Shown here: piece after piece, positions 49,203 to 57,677 of the stretch
Position numbering within the stretch: position 1 is the first letter of the stretch
How the letters are laid out: each line of letters opens with the position of its first letter
Source of the DNA: Lacibacter sp.
GTDB taxonomy: Bacteria; Bacteroidota; Bacteroidia; Chitinophagales; Chitinophagaceae
Assembly: GCA_046297415.1 (NCBI GenBank)
Contig: JBKBIL010000003.1
Location: 193,070 to 257,069 of the forward strand
DNA: 64,000 bases
Direction of reading: 5' to 3'
Program-made: the position numbers and the translations under genes
Notes under the pieces: generated by a model
Seen by the model: only the letters and a program-made list of their open reading frames with translations
Told to the model about the DNA's origin: nothing
Databases searched by the model: none

Positions 49203-50505
49203 GTCATTTCGACTCGAAGATCCCGACCGAAAGCGTCGGGACCTGCGGGGGCGAAGCCATTAATTTAGAAGCGTCATTTCGAGGGAGCGGGAGTCGGCCC
49301 AAGCCGGCAGGATCCGCGACTGAGAAATCTCATGAAATGCGCAGGCACCATGTTGCATACCGAAAACAAGTGGTTGTTTCTGTGGCATGAGATTTCTCGT
49401 CGGCAGATACGCTCCTTCGGATCCCTGCCTCCTCGAAATGACGGTTTTAAAGAAACTTCATTTCGATGCTGCGGGGGCGAAGCCGGATCCGCAGCAGAGA
49501 AATCTCACCGGGCCGGCAGATACAGCATTGATTAACAAATGAACGCGTTGTGCTATTAAAAAGTGAAAATAAATTCAGGTTTCAAATCGAGAAAATATTA
49601 TCAGGGCCTAAAAGTTGGGTACTACAGTAGTACTATGGCTTAATCAGGGCTCCCCCCGAGATCGGGGTGTAATCGATCTCGGGTGCCCTTTTTGGGTACC
49701 TTTTTGGGCAAGCAAAAAGGTACAAAACCTTTTTCACTCAAATTTCAAAGATTCCATTCTTTGATTTTGGAAATTCAATAGTACAACGCGTTAACAAATG
49801 ACTAAAAAACCGTTTCCATACTAAAAGATTTCTCACCGGCAGATTCACGGCTACCGCCGTCCTGCCGGTTCGAAATGACGGTCTTAATTAAATAAAGCAA
49901 CGTCATTTCGACCTTGCGGGGGCGCAGCCGGATCCGCAGCAGAGAAATCTCACCGGGCCGGCAGATACAGCATTGATTAACAAATGAACGCGTTGTGCTA
50001 TTAAAAAGTGAAAATAAATTCAGGTTTCAAATCGAGAAAATATTATCAGGGCCTAAAAGTTGGGTACTACAGTAGTACTATGGCTTAATCAGGGCTCCCC
50101 CCGAGATCGGGGTGTAATCGATCTCGGGTGCCCTTTTTGGGTACCTTTTTGGGCAAGCAAAAAGGTACAAAACCTTTTTCACTCAAATTTCAAAGATTCC
50201 ATTCTTTGATTTTGGAAATTCAATAGTACAACGCGTTAACAAATGACTAAAAAACCGTTTCCATACTAAAAGATTTCTCACCGGCAGATTCACGGCTACC
50301 GCCGTCCTGCCGGTTCGAAATGACGGTCTTAATTAAATAAAGCAACGTCATTTCGACCTTGTGGGGGCGCAGCCGGATCCGCAAGGGAGAAATCTCATGA
50401 AATGCGCAAGCACCATCTTGAATAACGAAAACAAGTGCCTGCTTCCATACCAAAAGATTTCTCATGGATGGATCCCCGCTTCGCGGCCCATCCATTCGAA
50501 ATGAC
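49203..50505. repeat. REPIN-like array of GTCATTTCGA...GAGAAATCTC units in inverted pairs, containing a 445-bp tandem duplication
   Basis: Forward/reverse pairs 49273/49442, 49457/49879, 49902/50324, 50347/50505. Period 445 confirmed at three anchors. Confidence 0.88.
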
Positions 50506-50519
50506 GGTAACTTAGGTAA

Positions 50520-50568
50520 GCACCCGCAACCCGTAACACATAACCCGTAACCCGTAACTGCTCACCCA
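50520..50568. repeat. C-rich heptamer array before wzm
   Basis: ACCCGCA ACCCGTA ACACATA ACCCGTA ACCCGTA ACTGCTC. Confidence 0.8.
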
Positions 50569-50571
50569 ACC

Positions 50572-51438
50572 ATGAACCATTATAACGACCCCTCCGAAAC
50601 CTGGGACCTCGTCATTCAGCCCCGTACCTCCCTCTTCGATCTCAACCTGCGGGATGTATGGCGCTACCGCGACCTGATGCTGCTGTTTGTACGCCGCGAT
50701 TTTGTGGCCCAGTACAAGCAAACCATCCTGGGGCCCTTATGGCACCTGATACAGCCGGTGCTCACCACCCTCATGTTTTTGCTGCTGTTTGGGAAAATTG
50801 CCGGCATCCCTACTGATGGGGTGCATCCCGTTTTGTTTTATATGAGCGGCATTACCATTTGGAACTATTTCAGCGCCTGCCTCACCAATACCTCCAACAC
50901 CTTTGTGGCCAATGCAGGTATTTTTGGCAAAGTGTATTTTCCGCGGCTGGTTATCCCCCTGTCGGTGATTATATCCAATATGGTACGCCTGGGCATTCAA
51001 ATGGCCCTCTTGCTGGCCGTAATGCTGTGGTATGCCGCTACCGGCCAGGCGCACCTGCACATCGGTGCCGGCTTGCTGCTGTTGCCCGTGCTGGTGGTGT
51101 TGATGGCGGGCATTGGGCTGGGACTGGGCATCATCATATCATCGCTTACCACCAAGTACCGCGATTTTACGGTGCTCATTGGTTTTGCCGTGCAACTGCT
51201 CATGTATGCAACACCGGTGGCCTATCCGCTTTCCTTTCTGAAAGGCAAAAGTTTTGCTCCGCTTATTGAATGGAACCCCCTGAGCGCTGTGGTAGAAGGT
51301 TTCCGCTATGCCCTGTTTGCTACTGCGGGCTTCGAAGCGGCATCGCTGCTGTATCCGTTTGTATTTATGCTGGTGGTGCTGCTGCTAGGCACCATGATTT
51401 TTAGCAAGGTGGAGCGGACATTTATGGATACCGTATAA
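50572..51438 (+). CDS. wzm: ABC transporter permease for polysaccharide export
   Basis: YRDLMLLFVRRDFVAQYKQTILGPLW, VYFPRL, KYRD, WNPLS. Confidence 0.92.
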   Translation: MNHYNDPSETWDLVIQPRTSLFDLNLRDVWRYRDLMLLFVRRDFVAQYKQTILGPLWHLIQPVLTTLMFLLLFGKIAGIPTDGVHPVLFYMSGITIWNYFSACLTNTSNTFVANAGIFGKVYFPRLVIPLSVIISNMVRLGIQMALLLAVMLWYAATGQAHLHIGAGLLLLPVLVVLMAGIGLGLGIIISSLTTKYRDFTVLIGFAVQLLMYATPVAYPLSFLKGKSFAPLIEWNPLSAVVEGFRYALFATAGFEAASLLYPFVFMLVVLLLGTMIFSKVERTFMDTV

Positions 51439-51541
51439 TCTTAAACATACAGTTCTCAACCGGCACCAAAAGATAACGTTTAAAACACAACCGGCAACGA
51501 ATTGTTCTGGTCACTTATATATCCTTATTATAGCAAAATCC

Positions 51542-52426
51542 ATGTACCTTATTAAAAATTATTTGCGTTTTATTTACCACAGCCCGCGCCATGCTATTTT
51601 GCATGTGTTGTTTCTCATTACCATCGGATTTTTGGTATTGGAAACACAGCACGAAAATACCTTGCACTACAATATCATTCGGGTTTTGCGGCAGGAAACC
51701 CGGGGCCAGCACGATACAGTGTACATCCGAAAGCTGATGACTACCATCAATACCATGATGTACAACCGCTACTATATTTTTAAAGGAACCGAGCGCCTCA
51801 GCTGGAAGAACAATCTGTTTCATTCCGTTGACGCTGATATCATGTATGGTGCCGGTGCCTGCGGCGGTTTTTCAAAAGTGCTGGCCCGTGCGCTTAGCCT
51901 CTCGGGTTATAAAGTACGCATTGGGCAAATGAAAGTAATGGGCAAATACGGTGGCCACATAATTGTAGAAGTAATGTTACCCACTACCGGAACATGGGCT
52001 GTTATTGACCCGCTGTACCTATTAACATTCACCAACCCGAAAACGGGGTATTGGGCCGGCTTTGAAGAAGTGAAGGCCAACTGGCAGCTTTACCAAAGGC
52101 AGATCAACATACCCTACAATCATGCGTATGCCTATGAAGATGTACGTTATACCAATTGGCAAAAAGTGCCGGTGCTGGGCGGTTTTGCCTACAAAACCCT
52201 TTCGCTGCTCATTGGGCCCAACAATGCCGCCACCTTTAGTGCACGGGTTTGGATGCTGAACAAGTACTATTTGTATTTAATAGTTACCTTATTGCTGTAT
52301 GCTGCCTATCATATCTATACTTTCAGAAGGTATGCTAAAAAGCGGACGCAGAATAAAAAAAACGAAACGTTGCAGGTTGCCGCTGTTGCCGCATTTTTGT
52401 CTCCGTTTTTAGCTGTTTACTTCTAA
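51542..52426 (+). CDS. Membrane-anchored transglutaminase-like (Cys-His-Asp) protein
   Basis: GACGGFSKVL, GGHIIVEV, WAVIDP; hydrophobic segments near both termini. Confidence 0.65.
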   Translation: MYLIKNYLRFIYHSPRHAILHVLFLITIGFLVLETQHENTLHYNIIRVLRQETRGQHDTVYIRKLMTTINTMMYNRYYIFKGTERLSWKNNLFHSVDADIMYGAGACGGFSKVLARALSLSGYKVRIGQMKVMGKYGGHIIVEVMLPTTGTWAVIDPLYLLTFTNPKTGYWAGFEEVKANWQLYQRQINIPYNHAYAYEDVRYTNWQKVPVLGGFAYKTLSLLIGPNNAATFSARVWMLNKYYLYLIVTLLLYAAYHIYTFRRYAKKRTQNKKNETLQVAAVAAFLSPFLAVYF

Positions 52427-52438
52427 GGTGAAACTCAC

Positions 52439-53707
52439 ATGAGTACCGTTATAAAAGTTGAAAATCTATCGAAACAATACCGCCTGGGTACGGTGGGTAC
52501 CGGAGCCTTGGCGCACGATATTAATCGCTGGTGGTACCGCATCAGGGGCAAAGAAGACCCCTACCTGAAAATTGGCGAAGCCAACGACCGTACCCAAAAA
52601 GGCAACAGCGACTATGTATGGGCCCTGCGGGATATCAACTTTGAAGTGCAGCACGGCGAGGTGCTGGGCATCATTGGCCGCAACGGCGCCGGCAAAAGCA
52701 CCCTGCTGAAAATACTGAGCCGCACCACCGCGCCCACCACGGGCAGCGTAAAAATTAAGGGCCGGGTGGCCAGCCTGCTGGAGGTAGGCACCGGCTTCCA
52801 CCCCGAACTTACCGGCCGTGAAAACATTTTTCTCAACGGCGCCATTTTGGGCATGACCAAAAAAGAAATCGCCCGCAAGTTTGATGAGATTGTTGACTTT
52901 GCCGGCGTAGAACGCTATATTGATACCCCGGTCAAACGCTACAGCAGCGGTATGTATGTGCGCCTGGCTTTTGCCGTGGCGGCGCACTTAGAGCCGGAGA
53001 TATTAATTGTAGATGAAGTGCTGGCGGTGGGCGATGCGGAATTTCAGAAAAAGGCATTGGGAAAGATGAAAGATGTCAGCAATAAAGAAGGACGAACAGT
53101 GCTTTTCGTTAGTCATAACCTGAGTGCGATTAATAGTCTTTGCAACAAAGGACTATTGCTGCAAAACGGCCGTGTTCAGATGATGGGCAATGTTGACAAA
53201 GTATTAAATGCTTACCAGCTTTCGGGTAAGAAGTTAATGTCCGAACTTAATCTGGAGAAACGATTTGGTACAGGAAGTATCAAGATTGCTGACATTGAGT
53301 TGATTTCTTCGCATGAAACGGGCCTGATTGCATCAGGCTCTGCACTTGATATTGTATTTGTTTATGAGGCAGAAGAATTAGACCCGGAAGCGGTTTATGA
53401 GTTTGCCCTGGGTATTTGGAACGCTTTTGAAAGACCTATGTTTATGGCTACCAATCTGTATAAAAAATATCCAATCCGGTTACAACATAAGAAAGGTAAA
53501 GTAGTAATCAGGATTCCGAAGCTGCCTTTGCATACGGGCCTGTATTCAATGAATCTGGCGATTCGGAAAGACGGGATAGACCAGGATTTCCTGGAAGAGG
53601 GCAAAACATTTCAGGTGGCAGTAAGTGATTTTTTTCAAACAGGATTTTTGTATCATGCTGAATATGATGGTTTTTATACCGACTTCGATATAATTGTTGA
53701 ATCATGA
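52439..53707 (+). CDS. wzt: ABC transporter ATPase with Wzt C-terminal domain
   Basis: GRNGAGKST, YSSGMYVRLAFA, VDEVLAVGD, plus ~170-aa C-terminal extension. Confidence 0.92.
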   Translation: MSTVIKVENLSKQYRLGTVGTGALAHDINRWWYRIRGKEDPYLKIGEANDRTQKGNSDYVWALRDINFEVQHGEVLGIIGRNGAGKSTLLKILSRTTAPTTGSVKIKGRVASLLEVGTGFHPELTGRENIFLNGAILGMTKKEIARKFDEIVDFAGVERYIDTPVKRYSSGMYVRLAFAVAAHLEPEILIVDEVLAVGDAEFQKKALGKMKDVSNKEGRTVLFVSHNLSAINSLCNKGLLLQNGRVQMMGNVDKVLNAYQLSGKKLMSELNLEKRFGTGSIKIADIELISSHETGLIASGSALDIVFVYEAEELDPEAVYEFALGIWNAFERPMFMATNLYKKYPIRLQHKKGKVVIRIPKLPLHTGLYSMNLAIRKDGIDQDFLEEGKTFQVAVSDFFQTGFLYHAEYDGFYTDFDIIVES

Positions 53708-53720
53708 TTGATTAAATTTT

Positions 53721-54287
53721 ATGGTAATACGAGGGCTACGATATATCAATCGAAAACGTAAGGCAATACTGCCTGCGTTGGGCAAATTGTATTTCGATCG
53801 TTTACTGAAGCGTCCCTACTATAAAAGAATTCCCAAAGGCATTCTTTTTCTGAATTTCATTCATCAACGTTTGTTTGGAATCAATGGTGATGTTCCGTTT
53901 TCAGTATATTTTACAAGCTCCATTTATGGATTTGAGAATATCATTCTGCCCGATAATGATGAAAGCATAAAAATCAGCTTTGCAGTAAGCGGGGGCTGTT
54001 ATTTCGCTGTATTCAAGGGAACCACTCTTGAAATCGGAGAGAAAACCATCTGGGCCTTTAATGTATGTATTCAAACCGGTAATCATGATTTGTATGACCG
54101 CAATATCTTTCATACAAAATCAGTTAAGATCGGAAAGAATTGCTGGATTGGTAATGGTGTAACCATTCTGGCAGGTGTTGAATTGGGTGACAATGTAACG
54201 GTTGGAGCCAACAGTGTTGTAACGAAGTCTTTTCCTTCCAATGTGGTTATTGGCGGTGTGCCCGCCCGAATTTTAAAGGAACTCTGA
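53721..54287 (+). CDS. Hexapeptide-repeat O-acyltransferase
   Basis: IGKNCWIGNGVTILAGVELGDNVTVGANSVVTK, IGGVPARI. Confidence 0.82.
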   Translation: MVIRGLRYINRKRKAILPALGKLYFDRLLKRPYYKRIPKGILFLNFIHQRLFGINGDVPFSVYFTSSIYGFENIILPDNDESIKISFAVSGGCYFAVFKGTTLEIGEKTIWAFNVCIQTGNHDLYDRNIFHTKSVKIGKNCWIGNGVTILAGVELGDNVTVGANSVVTKSFPSNVVIGGVPARILKEL

Positions 54288-54290
54288 TCA

Positions 54291-56198
54291 ATGTGCGGCA
54301 TAGCCGGTATTATAAGTTTTTCATCCAAAGCGGTTCAGCAAAGCGATATCAAATGCTTGACTGATCTAATTGCGCATCGCGGCCCCGATGGGGAAGGTTG
54401 CTGGATACACCGGGAGGAATTCCTGGGGCTGGGGCACCGCCGCTTATCCATCCTTGATCTGAGTGAGCAGGGGGCACAGCCCATGCACTATGCCGATGGT
54501 CGGCTGAGCATAGTGTTCAACGGTGAAATATTCAACTTCGCGGAGCTGAGAGATGAGTTGCGGCAAAAAGGCTATCATTTCCATTCCGATACCGATACCG
54601 AGGTGCTACTGGCAGCCTATCATTGCTGGGGCAAGGATTGCCTGCACCGTTTCAACGGCTTCTGGGCATTTGCCCTCTGGGATGAAAAAAAACGGGAGTT
54701 GTGGCTGGCAAGAGACCGTTTTGGCATCAAGCCCCTGTACTACCTGCACCAACCCGGTGCGCAGCTGGTGTTTGGTTCCGAAACCCAGCAGTTTAAAGCA
54801 GTGGAAGGTTACAGGCGTGAAGCGGATGCCAAATATGTGAGTTACCTTTTGCAAAACCCCTGGGGCCTCGAAGGGTTGGGTAAGACCATTTTCAGACAGG
54901 TGGAGCAACTGCGGCCGGGGCATCATATGACCGTGCGGCCCGATGGAAGCCTGCAAACCATACAATGGTGGAATACCGCTGAACACTTGCAGGAAGTTCC
55001 GCAGGATTTTGAGGAGCAGGCAAAAGAATTTCTTTCCCTCTTTCAGGATGCCATCAGGCTGCGCCTGCGCAGTGATGTAAGCATTGCTTCTGCACTCAGC
55101 GGCGGACTGGATTCATCGTCAGTTTACTGTACCATACATAACCTGGTGGGTCAGCAAAAGGAATTATACCGCCTGCCGGCCGACTGGCAGCGGGCCTTTG
55201 TGGCAGTATTTCCTGGCACAGAGCAGGACGAACGTTCCTATGCCGAAGAAGTGATTAAGCATACCGGCGGCAAGGGCGTTTTCTTTAACATGAATACGGG
55301 AGGAGATCTGACGCAGCGTTTGCTTGAAAGTATCACTTCCTACGATACCATCTACACCACCCCGTTGTTCATCATGGATGGCGTTTACGGGGCCATGCGG
55401 GCCAACGGCATCACCGTATCCTTGGACGGTCATGGTGTGGACGAGATGATGTACGGTTATCCGCACAATGTTTGGCAAGCCCTGCAGTACGCCCGAACGC
55501 AACCGGATGCATCTTATAGCGCTGATCTTACGGACACCTATCTGTCCATGCTTACAGCAGATCAGCGCCAGCTGAAGCTGGCGGAACAGAAAGGACATCC
55601 CGACAACCTTTTGAAAAGACAATGGGCCTGTTTAAAACGCAGGTTGAATACAAAGACGCAGGGACAACCCTGGTTTGAGGCCGATCATATTGCCGGGCTC
55701 GAATTGCCTGCTTATGCCGCACCGGCACATATGAATGAAGCGGAGGCAACACTGTACAATACCTTTCATTATACCGTTTTGCCTACCATTTTACGGAATT
55801 TTGACCGGGGCGCCATGCGTAACAGCATAGAAATCCGCATGCCTTTCCTGGATTATCGTTTGGTGCGCTATGTGTTTTCCCTGCCCATGCAGAGCAAGAT
55901 CGGCGGCGGCTTTACCAAGCGCATCCTGCGTGCGGCCATGCAAGACATTCTGCCTGAAAGCATACGCACCCGTAAACTGAAAACCGGCTTCAATGCACCT
56001 TTGGAAAGCTGGTATAATAAGGAGTTGAAAACCCTGCTGCTCGATACCGTGTCGGAAAAAAGTTTTCTGGAAAGCCCTTACTTCAACGGGCGGGCGGTCT
56101 GCCATTTTGTACGGCTACGAATGAAAACCGGAAAGTGGACAGAGTCCGACGCTTTCCGTCTATGGCCTGTACTCAATGCTCATTTACTTTTGAAATAA
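54291..56198 (+). CDS. asnB: Second asparagine synthetase-like amidotransferase
   Basis: MCGIAG, HRGPDG, ARDRFGIKPL, LSGGLDSS, IEIRMPFLD. Confidence 0.9.
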   Translation: MCGIAGIISFSSKAVQQSDIKCLTDLIAHRGPDGEGCWIHREEFLGLGHRRLSILDLSEQGAQPMHYADGRLSIVFNGEIFNFAELRDELRQKGYHFHSDTDTEVLLAAYHCWGKDCLHRFNGFWAFALWDEKKRELWLARDRFGIKPLYYLHQPGAQLVFGSETQQFKAVEGYRREADAKYVSYLLQNPWGLEGLGKTIFRQVEQLRPGHHMTVRPDGSLQTIQWWNTAEHLQEVPQDFEEQAKEFLSLFQDAIRLRLRSDVSIASALSGGLDSSSVYCTIHNLVGQQKELYRLPADWQRAFVAVFPGTEQDERSYAEEVIKHTGGKGVFFNMNTGGDLTQRLLESITSYDTIYTTPLFIMDGVYGAMRANGITVSLDGHGVDEMMYGYPHNVWQALQYARTQPDASYSADLTDTYLSMLTADQRQLKLAEQKGHPDNLLKRQWACLKRRLNTKTQGQPWFEADHIAGLELPAYAAPAHMNEAEATLYNTFHYTVLPTILRNFDRGAMRNSIEIRMPFLDYRLVRYVFSLPMQSKIGGGFTKRILRAAMQDILPESIRTRKLKTGFNAPLESWYNKELKTLLLDTVSEKSFLESPYFNGRAVCHFVRLRMKTGKWTESDAFRLWPVLNAHLLLK

Positions 56199-56203
56199 TT
56201 AAT

Positions 56204-57217
56204 ATGTCCAAATCAAACCTGCGCTTTGCCATCATCGGCTGCGGCCGCATTGCCCAGCGCCATGCGGAGCATATCAGCAACAAGGCCCAACTGGCTGCCG
56301 TTTGCGATGTTGTACCGGAAAAAGCCGATGCCCTGGCACAGAAATACCATACAAATGCGTATTATTCCATTAGCGATTTATTGAACAATCGTAATGAATT
56401 TGACGTACTCTCGGTTTGTACCCCCAACGGTTTGCATGCAGAGCACAGCATCATGGCACTCAATGCCGGCGTACATGTGCTTTGCGAAAAACCGATGGCG
56501 TTAACGGTTGCAGACTGCGGACGGATGATACAGGCAGCCGAAAAAAATAACCGTCGCTTATTTGCCATTAAACAGAACCGCTATAATCCACCTGTAGCAG
56601 CAGTTAAGCAGTTGATTGATGACGGAAAGCTGGGAAAGATTAACAGTATTCAGCTCAGCTGTTTCTGGAACAGGAACGAAGCGTATTATGCAAACTCATG
56701 GAAGGGTACCAAAGACCTGGATGGTGGTACTTTGTACACCCAGTTCAGTCATTTTGTGGACCTGCTGTACTGGATGGTAGGTGACGTGGAAGAGGTACGG
56801 GCCATGATGGGCAATTATCAGCATCAGCAAAGTATAGAATTTGAAGATACAGGCGTTGTGATCTTACGCTTTGCCAACGGAGCAATCGGAACCATTAACT
56901 ACACCGTAAACAGTTACGAAAAAAACATGGAAGGATCACTCACCATATTTGCGGAAAAGGGCACCGTAAAAATCGGCGGTCAATACCTCAACGAACTGGA
57001 GTACCAGCAAATTGAAGGTGTGCGTATTGAAAACCTGCCCGAAGGCAACAAGCCCAACAACTATGGTACCTATGTAGGCTCTATGAGCAATCACGACCTG
57101 GTTTACGATAACGTGATTGAGGTGCTTGAAAAAGGCGCCAGTATTACTACCAGCGCTTTTGAGGGTTTAAAAACGGTTGAGATCATTCAAAAAATTTATG
57201 CATCAGCCTCTGAATAA
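56204..57217 (+). CDS. Gfo/Idh/MocA oxidoreductase (WbpB/WlbA-like), paralogue 2
   Basis: IIGCGRIA, LCEKPMA, KQNRYNP, DGGTLYTQFSHFVD. Confidence 0.88.
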   Translation: MSKSNLRFAIIGCGRIAQRHAEHISNKAQLAAVCDVVPEKADALAQKYHTNAYYSISDLLNNRNEFDVLSVCTPNGLHAEHSIMALNAGVHVLCEKPMALTVADCGRMIQAAEKNNRRLFAIKQNRYNPPVAAVKQLIDDGKLGKINSIQLSCFWNRNEAYYANSWKGTKDLDGGTLYTQFSHFVDLLYWMVGDVEEVRAMMGNYQHQQSIEFEDTGVVILRFANGAIGTINYTVNSYEKNMEGSLTIFAEKGTVKIGGQYLNELEYQQIEGVRIENLPEGNKPNNYGTYVGSMSNHDLVYDNVIEVLEKGASITTSAFEGLKTVEIIQKIYASASE

Positions 57218-57677
57218 TCAACCCAATCTGAAGCATGCAGGTATGGTTAACGTTCAGTTTGGTGAAAACGTAACCGTTGTACAGCCTGTTAATCTTTATG
57301 GGTGCAGTATAGGCCATCATACATTTATAGGCCCCTTTACGGAGATTCAGAAAAATGTAACCATTGGCGCTCATTGTAAAGTTCAGTCACACAGTTTTAT
57401 CTGTGAGTTAGTGACGCTTGGAGATCATTGCTTCATTGGCCATGGGGTGATGTTTGTAAATGATCTGTTTCAAACCGGTGGCCCGGCCGGTGGCGATGCC
57501 AGCAAGTGGAAGGCAACACGTATCGGCAATCATGTTTCTATCGGCAGCAATGCCACCATTTTGCCGGTTACTATTTGTGATCATGTGGTGATTGGAGCGG
57601 GCGCTGTGGTTACAAAAGATATTACAGAACCGGGTATCTACGCAGGTAACCCGGCAAAAAAACTGAGATCCATCTGA
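57198..57677 (+). CDS. Hexapeptide-repeat sugar N-acyltransferase, paralogue 2
   Basis: Same motifs as 48736-49185; ATG at 57198 overlaps the upstream gene. Confidence 0.88.
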   Translation: MHQPLNNQPNLKHAGMVNVQFGENVTVVQPVNLYGCSIGHHTFIGPFTEIQKNVTIGAHCKVQSHSFICELVTLGDHCFIGHGVMFVNDLFQTGGPAGGDASKWKATRIGNHVSIGSNATILPVTICDHVVIGAGAVVTKDITEPGIYAGNPAKKLRSI

